Shown: positions 25,703 through 37,742 of the stretch, one piece after another | Position numbering within the stretch: the stretch's first letter is position 1 | Layout of the letters: every line of letters begins with the position of its first letter | Assembly: GCA_965202585.1 (NCBI GenBank) | Contig: OZ241829.1 | Location: 63,240,001-63,304,000 of the forward strand | Direction: 5' to 3' | Source: Thalia democratica | Taxonomy: Eukaryota | Length of the DNA: 64,000 nucleotides | Notes under the pieces: model-generated | Told to the model about the DNA's origin: nothing | Databases searched by the model: none | The model's input: only the letters and a program-made list of their open reading frames with translations | Program-made: the position numbers and the translations under genes

Positions 25703-26720
25703 ATTTAAGAGAATGGCTTAAGCTGTAATAAGCAGTTTTTACTTTAGATAATTTTGAAAACTATACCTTTAATAATTAAGATTTTTATATGCAATCCGCT
25801 ATAACATATTTAAAACAAAATTTTAATTTTGAAGTTTTTTTCAAACTGAATAGAACTATAAAAAATAACTACTTTACTGAGAATGTACTTGATTTACCTA
25901 AAAAAAAAAACACTTCATAGCTTTGAACAAATAGTTTTAACTAACATAAATGCTTTTAAACATTGCAAGACAGATCAACTTGTGATTTTGTAAACACATC
26001 AAAATACTTGAGAGTTTAAACTATTGATTTTACAAGAAGTAACGTAGCGGCTTATTTAAATCCCTTTTTTAAGTTATACGCTTTAAATGATGTTTTCTTA
26101 GCAAGCTTATTTCTAAAATGTTCTAAATCTTCACTGACTTAAAATATTAATTTAAAAATAACTAATCACTGAAATAAATATGCTGTAAATATAAGTTGTT
26201 TAATTGAAGTAGTAGACAAGTTTATAAACTTTATTCTCTGTAACGATAATTTTTGGTTCTACTTATTGAATTTTTTATTTTTGTTTACAAACCAAGCTTT
26301 TGATTAGCAAAAACTATTCTTAAAACAAAAGTCTTTGTATAAATAAGTTATATTATAGCTAAAAACTAACACAGTTAAGTTTTGCTTAATTTTATAAATA
26401 TTTTTAATAATTTTTATTAGCATAACTTTGATTTTTTGTAGTCTAAATTTTATTTTGTAGTTTTTTTTTTGTATTTAAAGCATAAGTCTGTATACAAAAA
26501 ATAATCATAAACTTAACAAGTTTTAAAACTAAAGTAAAAAACTAGTATTTAATTGATTATATTTTAATTTTCAGATAAAACAATTTTCAATTCTTGTAAT
26601 TCCTTACCAATTTATTAGTAAAAAGAAACTGAGCTCATGCGATCAAAAAACATCGGTACTAAAACACAAAACTTTCTATACCCAGCTTTACTCTAAAGTA
26701 AATTCTCGCCTAAAAAAGTT

Positions 26721-26812
26721 CATTAAACCGAACAAATAAAGCGTGATAAAAGTTTAAACAAAAAATCATTAAACCGAACAAATAAAGCGTGATAAAAGTT
26801 TAAACAAAAAAT
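26721..26812. repeat. 46-bp perfect tandem duplication unique to copy B
   Basis: CATTAAACCGAACAAATAAAGCGTGATAAAAGTTTAAACAAAAAAT x2. Confidence 0.9.
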
Positions 26813-29577
26813 AATTAAAAGGAAAAAAAAAGCGTACTGAAAGTTAAAACACGATTTTTTTTTTCTAACTGATTAGGGTAAACAAACAAAAGTGTGAAGA
26901 GGCGAAGTTGCTTGCATGTTGAAGACTTCTGTTGACTTTATTAAATATTCATATTGATTTTCTCTGTTTTATTGTTGGCAACCGACTGACTCTTGGATGG
27001 TGTCAACTGTTGAAGTAGAGGTTAATAAATCACGATTAGAATATGTGTCAATAAATAAATTATTTTTTCGGTTGTTTTTTTTTTCAGAGTAAACTCGGAA
27101 ATGATCTCCTAATTGACAATTTGTGATTATAAATGTTTAGGAAAAATTTTCAAATGAGTGTTTCTCATTGGTGAAATTTTAGTGAAAAATTAATTAAAAA
27201 TACATTAAATAAACTTTATCTTTGTCAGTAATTTATGATTGAGATTCTTTTTGATGACATAATAAAATTTAAAGTGTTTTGAAGTTTTTCAATAAAGAGT
27301 AAATTTAAAAATATAAACTTTAATCAAGTTCTATACTATCATTTAATTTTTTTTAAGTTTTATTTAACATTTTTTTAGAATACAGTTAAAAATGTTAATA
27401 AAAACATTTTGATAAATATAAATTTTTTAATAAAATTAAGTCATAAGTAGACAAAATGTAATGTTTTGATTTACAGTTTTTTTTAGCAGTGTATTTAATT
27501 TTTAAGCAACTTGTAAATTTTAAAACGCGTCCGGTCTTTTTGTTTTTTTAACTTAATTTTTTTTTGTTATTTATTTACTAATAATGATATTTAAATATTG
27601 TAAAAATATCATTTTTGTATCATATCTTTACTTCTTTTATGTTTTATTTTATGCTTATCATTTTTATTTTATTTCAATTTTAATTAGTTCTTCCATATTA
27701 TTAGTGTTTTATTAGAAAACATTTAACGATTATATGTTTCAAATTATTATGTACAAAAAATTAAATCTAAATGGAATAATTTATCGAACAACTTAAACCT
27801 TGGTTAAGTAGTCATGTATTAAAACATGTTAAATTATTCTTGAATAAGATTTGATTAACTAACACTAACCTTGGGTTTCTGATTTTTTTTATTGATACCT
27901 AGTTTAAACTTTAAAAATTTAGTATCATGTGGGCCGCATATAACCCTTAATGGGCAGAGAACCGCAACCGAGTCCTAATTAAAACTTAAATTGAAAAAGT
28001 AAAATGATAAAAAATGTTTATATAGTTTGTTATTAGTTTGTTATGTAACATCTTTACGTGTTATATTTTATACTCTCAGTCATATAATAAATTTAATAAG
28101 CGTATTTAAGTGCTAATTTTGCTTTAACATTGTTCTTATATTACATACGGTTATAAAAAACACAAAAATATATTCAACAATAAAAAGAACTGCAAGTTTT
28201 TAAGGCAAATTTAAATTTTAAAGCTAAATTGCAAAAAATATGCTAAAATTTTTAGATAAATCAAAGCGTTTTTATACTTTTCATTCTATCCAGATTCTTA
28301 AAACTGTAAAAGTTTTTTGTACACCAAGTCCTTGGACCAAACTTTTTAAGCGTATCTTTTTGCGTTCAATAAATAATAATTCAATTTTTGTTATACAAAA
28401 TAACTTATGACATTCATGACTAATCGCAAATAATAAAATTAAATTAGTGCTTGACTATTTTTGAAAATGATTTAACTAACTAACTTATTGGTGCAATTAA
28501 AATTTTTCTCGTAGTTTGATATATATATTTTTATAAACATAACAGCTGTTTTGAAATTTTATAATGCTTTATTGCAAAAAAATTTAAAAACGTAACACAT
28601 ATCAATTTTAAAAATCTTTATTAATGCTGAAATCGAAAACAAAAACATTATTCTATTACTGTATTATAAATTTGCTCATTATTTAAAAAAAAAAAATTAT
28701 GAGCTTTTTAACTACTAAATTTGAACAAAATCAAGCATTGATATTTAACATAATCAAGTATGAAGCTTAAAAATCATACTTATTTTACACAAAAGTACAA
28801 CAATAAGTTATATTGTTAAACTCAGTTAGAAATAGCTTGTTATAAACTAATACATTAACCTTCCACTTAGGTACGAATAACTTGGGTACGCATTTTATAG
28901 CCAAAAACTGCTGTGTTCAAAATTCAATATTTTTACTTTGAAATTAAAAAACAAATCTAAAAGTATTATAATGAAAATAAATTATACTGTATCAAGTTTA
29001 GATAAATTACAACTAAAGGAGCCAGAAAAAAGTTATGAACTTACAAAGTGTATACTAAATCAAACATTTAAAACAAAATCAGTGCAGTTTATTTAACTAA
29101 AATGAGGAACAGTGCAACTTAAATTTGCACACCCCATGATTAAAACATGAAAAATATTTTTTTGAAAGATCGTACAAAATTTATATTTAAAAATAATTAA
29201 TTAACTTTTAAATACCCAATGATAAAATAAAAATAAATGTAAAAATCATATGAAAAACGATATTTATGAAAATAAAGAACATAGCAACTAAAGTTTGTTT
29301 AAAACTAAGTGCTTTTAAAACATGTCTATTAGTTTAGCTTGTCGCTTGGTTTAGCAGAAACTTTTTGTTGCTCGCTATGGGAATCACAATCTACAATAAT
29401 CACCTTTTCTTCTTTAGAGCAACCACCATTTTATCCTTTACTATTTAAAATTACTATTGTGTAGACTACCAAGACAAACAGTTTAAACTCAAAAAATTGA
29501 TAATGATAAGTAGGTAGAAGTAAAATTGTATAACCTCAAATTAGCTTTTTTAAGTAAACACAAACTAACAAAAACAT

Positions 29578-30311
29578 TGAAACCAGAGGAGGTTGGCTAG
29601 CCAACTTCCAAGGGTTTGTTTAGGAGGGTAGGAGGGTCAATGGTTGACTCATGGCTAAGAGATCTTTGGCTCTGAATGCGAGCACTCTTAGCCCGAGTTT
29701 GAATCCTAGTGTCTGGAAGACACTCTGGATTTGGACTGACCCGTGACATAGTTTAAATTTACTTTAATAAAAATTATTTAATAATATAAAATAAAAAGCA
29801 GTTGGGATAAATTTATATACTAAAAATTTAATAGTAAACCAATTTGTAACAAAATATAAAAAACTTAAAATGAATAAAGTAGTTAAAATTAGACAAAAAT
29901 TACAATAAAAAACTCAGGTATGAAAAAATCAATAAAATTTTATAAACTGTTATAAAATTTTATACAATGTTAACAAAATTCAAGAAAATACTTAAATTTG
30001 TCTAAAAACAATTTAAGTATCTTGCTTATAAAAAAAGTCAATAAAATTAGCCACTAGCACACAGGAAAAGGTGATTCTACTGGAAGACAATAAACTTCAC
30101 TCCAATTCTTTCCTCAGAACTCAGACTACTATCTCTAACAATGACCCAAGCTTACAATAGTCCTTTCCTTGACTGAAGACTATTGTTATAGCAACAATTT
30201 CAAATTTCTTGTACTATAACTTGTCAGCATCTCATTTGTTGTTGTTTTAAGCTTTCCCAACAACAAATTGTTTCCAATTAAAAAATAGAAATTAAATAAC
30301 GTATCGTTACA
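29578..30311 (-). repeat. 3' LTR (734 bp)
   Basis: About 5 substitutions vs the 5' LTR by eye. Preceded on the minus strand by a polypurine tract. Confidence 0.96.
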
Positions 30312-30314
30312 TTA

Positions 30315-30343
30315 CCTTTCCTCTCTTTTTTTTTTTTTTTTTT
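30315..30343 (-). other. Polypurine tract A18-GAGAGGAAAGG
   Basis: Lies 3 nt upstream of the 3' LTR on the element sense strand. Confidence 0.88.
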
Positions 30344-31226
30344 CAGTATTATTCTCAAAACAGTAAAATATATAAAAACACGCTAGTAAAGATGTGCAGT
30401 AACATCCCGCTTTCCTTCCTCACTCTCTTCAAGGAAAGAAAAGAATACATAGGTAACAAAAAACAAAATATGTATAAATAACGTCATACTAAGATTATCG
30501 ACAAAATAAATAAACTAAAATAACAATCATGGCGAGAAAACCCATAAAATCAAATACAGTTACACATAACATTACGGTCATGTAAAATGTCAAACTTCTG
30601 AACATAAATCAATAAATTCCATAGAACAGCAATTAATAAAGTTTTCATTTTTTTGTTGTGTTTTAGGGAATTTTTTTAATGTTTACAGTTGTTGTTAAAT
30701 TTGCTTGGTTACTGTAAGTTACACAAGCAAGATTTCATTATTTATTTAAACTTCCCGACACAATAAAAGCAAACAGAAAATTAGTTTTTTTATAAAATAA
30801 AATGTTAGAATAAATCTTTATTTTTGATATGTTTTTTTTTCTCGTGTGTTAATAAAATAATCTTAAAGCCAAAATTTAAGATTTTGTTTCAAAAAATGTC
30901 ATAAATTTAACAAGCAATAATTGTATTTAATAGTTCAACTTAGATATAAAAAAGTAAGAATAAATAAAATAAAAGTAAAAAAAATCTTATTATCTTGTTA
31001 TAAGTTAGTTTATATTTAGATAAACAAATCAACTCAAAAACAAAGCACATTTAAAACACAGAATTTTTTTTTTATCCCAAATTACATATAACTTGTTTAA
31101 CATTTTTTTAAATAATTATAAGGTTAAATAGCTCAAAAAGAAATATTAATAATATTGGATATTAAATAAAAAAAATAATTATTACAGTCCAAACCCAAAA
31201 TAATCCACCATACCATTGAACATGTC

Positions 31227-32828
31227 CTACTCCTCTGAACTATGGGTCTCTGCATAATTAACAGGCCCATGTGGCCTTAAATTATAACTATTAATACCTT
31301 CCAATTCATCAGTAAGATTTAACGGACCAACATAAGCTTTAGTATTTCTAATTGATACTTTCACAACCTGGGAATTTTTTATTATGTACAAAGAATGTTC
31401 TGTTGATTTATTTCTTACCACTATGTATGGTCCTTCATACAACTTATCTAATTTCTTTCTGTTATTTTTTTTTAACCAAATATATCTACAATTAAAAAGG
31501 CCTGGCTGATAAAAAGGTGCATCATTTTTAGTTTTTCTGAACTTGCGGCTGATATCTGCCATGGAATTTACAAAGACCGCACATTCAAAAGGAGATGGTC
31601 TGGTGATTTGATGAATTTCATCAACTTCATCAAAAAGGAGTCTGCCACTTAAATTTAAAGAGCATCCAAATGCATACTGGGCCGGGGTGTAGGGGGAACC
31701 TTCAATAAATGAGTTGTTAATGGTGCAAGTAATTAATGGGAGGTGAAGAGCCCAATTTGTTATGTCTCCAAGTGAACGAAAAGCCACATTGATTGTTCTA
31801 TTCTGTCTTTCAACATAACCATTTGTCTGAGGCGTTCTTGAAGAGGTAAACCTTTGCTCAATTCCCAATTGTTTACACGCCTCTTGCAATAAAAATTTTT
31901 TAAATTCTTTACCGTTATCTGTAAGAACAACCTGAGGTACTCCATAATGCCCTACCCAGTTTTGTATAAAGGCATTCCTAACAGTTATTGCTGTTTTATC
32001 TGGTATGGGAGCCGTTACCAATAACCCAGTTGCTCTATCTTTTATCATTAGAACATATTGATAGTCAACTGACTTATCCAATGGACCTATAAGGTCTAAA
32101 TGTAAAAATTGGAAACGTTGCGTGTTATTGGGAAAAAAACCTATGTTTGGCCTGTTATGTCTAGAAACTTTTGTCTGCTGACACGTGGCGCAGTTATTAA
32201 CCCAGTGACTGATGTCATTCCTTAACTTAGGCCACCAGAAAGTTCTTGCTATGGCTTCTATGGACTTCTCAATACCCAAGTGAAGCCTGTTATGGGCTGC
32301 GTTGTACGCAGTCAGACGCAACGACTCAGGCAATATGACACGTTTAATTCCATCTTCTATAAAGAAAGCCATGTTTTCGTTTGTTGTGAACTGGACTTCT
32401 TTCTTTAAGAGGCGTGCTTGGTCAATAAGGCCTGGCTCCCTCCTTTGGAAAATTGCAATTGCCTCCCTATCCAAAGTTTTAGGGCTAACAGATTCTACAT
32501 CTGAGCTTGAAATATTCAAATCATAAACTTCTGGAGTTATTAATTGCTCACTGTTATCAAAATCATCTATGTCCAGCTCACTGTCACTAGAGTCAGATTC
32601 CGAACTACAGAAGTAATCCGGATCCTCTTGGTGTGCTCTAACATGCATGACTGTAATCTGAGGCGGCCTGCTTAGAGCATCTGCAACTGTGTTGTTGGAT
32701 CCGGCTATGTGTGCTACTTCTGGATCAAACTCTTTTATCAGCATGATGTACCGTTGTTCCATAGGTGACTGATCTTTTAGATTATTGTTAATGGCCCCAA
32801 CCAATGCCTTGTTATCCGTCCTTATCAA
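31227..32828 (-). CDS. pol: Gypsy pol 3' part: RNase H end, acidic linker, integrase (HHCC, DDE, GPY)
   Basis: IRTDNKAL, HNRLHLG...CATC, LHLDL...TDNG...ERQN, YEGPY. Same frame as the upstream pol ORF, separated by one TAG. Confidence 0.92.
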   Translation of the reverse strand: MIRTDNKALVGAINNNLKDQSPMEQRYIMLIKEFDPEVAHIAGSNNTVADALSRPPQITVMHVRAHQEDPDYFCSSESDSSDSELDIDDFDNSEQLITPEVYDLNISSSDVESVSPKTLDREAIAIFQRREPGLIDQARLLKKEVQFTTNENMAFFIEDGIKRVILPESLRLTAYNAAHNRLHLGIEKSIEAIARTFWWPKLRNDISHWVNNCATCQQTKVSRHNRPNIGFFPNNTQRFQFLHLDLIGPLDKSVDYQYVLMIKDRATGLLVTAPIPDKTAITVRNAFIQNWVGHYGVPQVVLTDNGKEFKKFLLQEACKQLGIEQRFTSSRTPQTNGYVERQNRTINVAFRSLGDITNWALHLPLITCTINNSFIEGSPYTPAQYAFGCSLNLSGRLLFDEVDEIHQITRPSPFECAVFVNSMADISRKFRKTKNDAPFYQPGLFNCRYIWLKKNNRKKLDKLYEGPYIVVRNKSTEHSLYIIKNSQVVKVSIRNTKAYVGPLNLTDELEGINSYNLRPHGPVNYAETHSSEE

Positions 32829-34634
32829 CTACCTCCTGCCAAGAATTCTATATTGAAAGTGTTTAAAGCTTAAATAAAGGGCACGAAGTTCCTTATAAAA
32901 AGTTGACCTAACAGTCTTAAGTGGTGGCAATTTCTTTGAAAAAAATGCCAAAGGACGCATCTCCCCATTCTTGCCTTCCTGCTCGAGGACTGCGCCAACA
33001 TGGGTATCAGATGCATCTGAAAATAGCATAAGTGGTTTGTTATGATCTTCATAAGACAAGGTAGTCGTATGTGCTAAAATAGCCTTTGTGTTTTTAAAGG
33101 CTTGAATATGCCTATCTTTAAGGTTAATTTTAGCACGATTAGTAGATTTTGGACCTCCAGATAACTCATTGAGAGGTGCAGTTATTTCAGCAATCTTTGG
33201 AACAAAACGATGATAGTAATTCGCAAGACCTAAAAAACGTTTTAGGTCTCTTCGTGTAGTGGGAATAGGGTATTCCCGAATAGCCTCAACCTTTGAGTCT
33301 AAGACATTAAGTCCTTCAATGCTAACAGAATGACCTAAAAAATCTAGTTTTGTTTTAGCAAGATTGCATTTGTTTGTATTTAGATATAATCCATTGTCAG
33401 ACAATATCTTAAAAACTGTCTTCAAATGAGAGATATGATCTTCCTCAGTTTTGGAAAAAATCAATATGTCATCCAGATAAATAAATGTAAAAGTTTGACA
33501 AGAAATAAAAATACTTTCCATCATCTGCTGAAATCTGGTAGGGGCATTTTTCAAGCCAAACGTGCAACGTTTTGGAATGAAAACTCCTTTATGCGTGATT
33601 ATTGCAGCATACTTTTGAGAACTTATTTCTATTGGCAAGCTGTAATAAGCTTCTTTTAGATCCAGGGTAGAGAAAACACATGTACCTCCTGGAATGATTT
33701 CAGACAGTTCGTCTATACGAGGTAGCGGATAAGATAAAGGACGTGTATGTGAATTTAGAATAGTGTAGTCAATGCAGACACGATAAGTCTTATCTTTCTT
33801 GGGTACACAAGTAACTGGAGAAGCACATGTATCCCCACTACCCCGGACTACAGCACCTCTCTCTAATAGATCAAAGAAATGATCTTTAATTACTTCTCTT
33901 GTACCACCGCATCTCCTGGCCTTGGTCATTTTAGGACAATAATTATCGACTATTATCTCTAGGGAATGATTGTGCTTTGGTGGTACAGTATAGTCAGGTT
34001 TCTTAGTAATTTCTGGAAATTTAGCAAGTAAGGCCTTACATCTTTCTTCTAAAGAATTTTTGCCTGAGTTTATCAGTTCGACACTGTTGATTGATGCAAC
34101 TACAGGGCTGGGAAAGTCTGAAGCCACAAGGAGTTTTGTCTTCCGGCCTGAAATTGCTGAGCGTAATTGTGACTTGGCTGGCAGTATTTCTAATTCATTC
34201 GCTTTTAGAAAATCAAGTCCAATGATACCATAACCCCTTGACTCTGGAGTTATCCAAAAGGTATGTGTGAAATTACCTAGTTCACTAACATTAACTTCTA
34301 TATCTGCACTCCCAACTGGGTGAATTACTGAGTCGCCTATTCCTTGGATACTCTTGCTATTAGGGAGAAAATATTTGTTAATACCATTAGTTAAAGACTT
34401 GGGTAAAAGTGATATCTCACTTCCAGAATCAATTAAAAATAAAACATTTGTATTCAAATCTGCAACAAACTGAAGATTTTGTGGCAAATTATTAGGGTCA
34501 ACAAAAGAGTTTTTGACCAATTTGAAAGTCCAGCGCAATGGACGCTCGGGAGACTGTTTAACAGTCTCTGTAAGAGGACTTTTAATCCCACCATCTGATC
34601 CTCTCACTGCGACGAAGACGGGAAGTCGTTTTTT
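32829..34634 (-). CDS. pol: Gypsy pol 5' part: protease, reverse transcriptase, RNase H (entered by -1 frameshift)
   Basis: LIDSGSEIS, LDLKEAYY, FGLKNAP, YLDDILI, FLGLANYY, SDASDTHVGAVL. Slippery site A AAA AAC at 34634-34628. Confidence 0.94.
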   Translation of the reverse strand, partial: KKRLPVFVAVRGSDGGIKSPLTETVKQSPERPLRWTFKLVKNSFVDPNNLPQNLQFVADLNTNVLFLIDSGSEISLLPKSLTNGINKYFLPNSKSIQGIGDSVIHPVGSADIEVNVSELGNFTHTFWITPESRGYGIIGLDFLKANELEILPAKSQLRSAISGRKTKLLVASDFPSPVVASINSVELINSGKNSLEERCKALLAKFPEITKKPDYTVPPKHNHSLEIIVDNYCPKMTKARRCGGTREVIKDHFFDLLERGAVVRGSGDTCASPVTCVPKKDKTYRVCIDYTILNSHTRPLSYPLPRIDELSEIIPGGTCVFSTLDLKEAYYSLPIEISSQKYAAIITHKGVFIPKRCTFGLKNAPTRFQQMMESIFISCQTFTFIYLDDILIFSKTEEDHISHLKTVFKILSDNGLYLNTNKCNLAKTKLDFLGHSVSIEGLNVLDSKVEAIREYPIPTTRRDLKRFLGLANYYHRFVPKIAEITAPLNELSGGPKSTNRAKINLKDRHIQAFKNTKAILAHTTTLSYEDHNKPLMLFSDASDTHVGAVLEQEGKNGEMRPLAFFSKKLPPLKTVRSTFYKELRALYLSFKHFQYRILGRR

Positions 34635-36567
34635 GTTGGACGTTGAGCTCTGATACCTGCCATTTCACACGTACCCGGGGCAGCGCATTCATAGGCGTTA
34701 TTCCCAAACTTTCTATGTCTGTGACAGAGAGTACTTAAAGTCCCATTGTTGCCTGTATTGTTGTGATTGCTATTTTGTCTGCCTTGATACCCATTGGCAA
34801 CAGGGGTATTGTTTTGGTGTGTCCGACCCTGGAAATTATCTATAGGTTGGCCAATGACTCTAGTATCAGGAATAAAATTACAATCTTGATGGCCAAAATA
34901 GTTGTTTGCATTATTTTGGTAGCCAGAGTTTCGGTCTATATGTCTATAGCTATTCATGTGATAGTTAGATTTACTCTTTCTTTGACTTGGTCTATTAACA
35001 TTGTAATTAATATTTCTTGATGCCTCTATACTACGTTGGTGGTTTGCATCACAAATGTCCCTACAACGACGCTTAAAATTTTCTATATCTAAGCTTAAGA
35101 TTTCTCTCATTTTACCTTTTAAGTGTTCAGGAGCTAGGTGAATGTATAAAAACTTTCTTAAAGTGTTAGAGTCTTTCATTTCTGCCTCCCACTTCGTGAC
35201 TTCTAGTTCCAAATCTTGGCCGTTTAGATTGTTGAAATCAGGTCTAGGCAGAAGAACTCTACCAAGCTGACCATCCCTATTTGACAAGTAATCAATAAGA
35301 CTCTTGTAACAACGTCTCCCATACTCGACAGTAGTGTAAAAATTACTTATATCTTTATGTGGCCAGACTGAAGTCAAAATTTGGTAGCGCAATTGAGAGT
35401 CAAAAATTTCAAGACTTCGGCACATATCTTCAAAATAGCTTATTTCATCTCTAGGGTTAGCGGTAATATCTATCTTAATAATAGATTTAAGTTCAGAGAT
35501 CCTATTGCTTAAATTGAATCCCCTATAACCACCCCCTGGCAAGTTAACAATGTTATTGAAATTTGAGTCAGGCTTGGAAGTTGTCCTCATTGAGTTATTA
35601 TCAATATGATTATATTCACCCCTGGCATTCACTAACCCATTGATTATTTTAGTTCTACTAGGACAGGTCTGCTGTAGAGGATCTCTGCAACTGGCTTGCA
35701 TGTCAAGCTCAAGTTCATGTGCTTCTTTGTTTATTGACAACAAAGATTTTTTCTTTTTTGTAACTTTAACTCTTTGAGACGTTTAGCTTGACGCTCAGTT
35801 TCTAACTCAACCATCTGTAATTCTTGCTCAGTTGTTGCAGATGCTAAGTTGTCTGAGTTTATGGCTTGACTAGTGTCTCGTACCTCACTGGACACTTGGT
35901 AGGGTAGACAGACCTTAGTACCTAAGTGGGGAGAATTAGTTGTGTTGTGATACCCACCTATATTATGCATGCTTGAATTAACCTTGATGTCAGGCTGAAA
36001 CTGGCCCACTATGGCTTGTTGACTGTAATTTTGATTGTGATTTATTTTAGTATTACTATTAATGGTATATGGTATATAATCATTATGGGTATCATGCATA
36101 AAGCTAGCCATGGTATGATCTGTGTGAAAATGTTGAGGGTCTTTACAACTTATGTTAGGGTTTGGTAAGTTGTCTTTTTGTGTCAGATGTGACTTACTTT
36201 CCCCTACTATTGTTTGTACATTGTTAATATCATTTTTAGTAAATAACAAATTGCTCTGAGTTGTGATGGCCAAATCTGAATTTGGTGAAAAACATGGATC
36301 AATTTGACTGGTATGGTAAGACCCACTTAAACTTATGTTAGGTTGATGTGTATGACTGACCGAAAGGTCGTTATTCTTGTTCTCGAGGACGCCAATGAAA
36401 CCAGAGGAGGTTGGCATGCCAACTTCCAAGGGTTTGTTTAGGAGGGTAGGAGGGTCAATGGTTGACTCATGGCTAAGAGATCTTTGGCTCTGAATGCGAG
36501 CACTCTTAGCCCGAGTTTGAATCCTAGTGTCTGGAAGACACTCTGGATTTGGACTGACCCGTGACAT
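34604..36567 (-). CDS. gag: Gypsy gag, in two overlapping ORFs (36567-35731 and 35743-34604) offset by -1
   Basis: The C-terminal LCHRHRKFGNNAYECAAPGTC zinc motif is present. A coiled-coil-like segment appears continuous across the junction. Confidence 0.78.
36377..36394 (-). other. Primer-binding-site candidate TGGCGTCCTCGAGAACAA
   Basis: Begins TGG one base after the 5' LTR. Cognate tRNA not assigned. Confidence 0.75.
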
Positions 36568-37129
36568 AGTTTAAATTTACTTTAATAAAAATTATTTAAT
36601 AATATAAAATAAAAAGCAGTTGGGATAAATTTATATACTAAAAATTTAATAGTAAACCAATTTGTAACAAAATATAAAAAACTTAAAATGAATAAAGTAG
36701 TTAAAATTAGACAAAAATTACAATAAAAAACTCAGGTATGAAAAAATCAATAAAATTTTATAAACTGTTATAAAATTTTATACAATGTTAACAAAATTCA
36801 AGAAAATACTTAAATTTGTCTAAAAACAATTTAAGTATCTTGCTTATAAAAAAAGTCAATAAAATTAGCCACTAGCACACAGGAAAAGGTGATTCTACTG
36901 GAAGACAATAAACTTCACTCCAATTCTTTCCTCAGAACTCAGACTACTCTCTCTAACAATGACCCAAGCTTACAATAGTCCTTTCCTTGACTGAAGACTA
37001 TTGTTATAGCAACAATTTCAAATTTCTTGTACTATAACTTGTCAACATCTCATTTGTTGTTGTTTTAAGCTTTCCCAACAACAAATTGTTTCCAATTAAA
37101 AAATAGAAATAAAATAACGTATCGTTACA
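36396..37129 (-). repeat. 5' LTR (734 bp)
   Basis: TGTAACGATACG...GGTTTCA on the minus strand. Matches 29578-30311. Confidence 0.96.
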
Positions 37130-37742
37130 ACATAATCAATATTTTCATAAATATTTATTTATTCAAAAATTATAACTAATTATATTATGCAATTGTTTAA
37201 GAAACAAGGAAATAAAAGATACACTAAAAACATTTGTCATTAAAAACAAATATACACATAAAATATAATCCATAAAGTCTGAAGACTTTTATTTTAAATT
37301 ATATAATTTCAAAACATGTATGTTTATATTTTATTGTAATATCCGTTTACCATCTTAAGTTTCTAATTACTTACTTATGCTTAAAAAAGTATAGTTTATT
37401 TAATTTTACCGATTTCTTAACTAAACAAGATTTATTTGCATTTTTAATTTAAACTAGTTATGACATATCTATTATCAAGCTTAATGTTAATATTAATATT
37501 AAATTCTTTATTTTAGCTTTAATTTTACACAAAGATAATTTAAAAAAGGGTGTTTCAAACTTTTTACTTCCATAAAAAATGCAAATTATTTGTCCTTAAT
37601 CTTAGATAATAATTTAATGATATTTTCGAGGAAAAAAAGAATAAAATTTTAAACCAATTATTACGTCAATAAAATTTCGATGTATAATTTTTAATTAATT
37701 TCAAACTATCTTTTTTCAAAACAACACGTTTTAGAAAACGCA

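Larger units (their letters stand above)
29578..37129 (-). mobile_element. Ty3/Gypsy LTR retrotransposon (CsRn1-clade-like), 7,552 bp, full length but defective
   Basis: Two 734-bp TG...CA LTRs, a 4-bp TSD ACAT (29574-29577 / 37130-37133) and domain order PR-RT-RH-IN. Gag has a CHCC-like motif Cx2Hx9Cx5C. The empty site is present in copies A and A'. Confidence 0.96.

Noticed and set aside
29670-29712. B-box-like GAGTTTGAATCC in the LTR as a tRNA/SINE relic
   Set aside because: No A-box or cloverleaf. The sequence is explained by the LTR-encoded gag frame on the other strand.
30312-31226. env-like gene in the 900-bp gap between pol and the 3' LTR
   Set aside because: No ORF of 60 aa or more; AT-rich 3' UTR.
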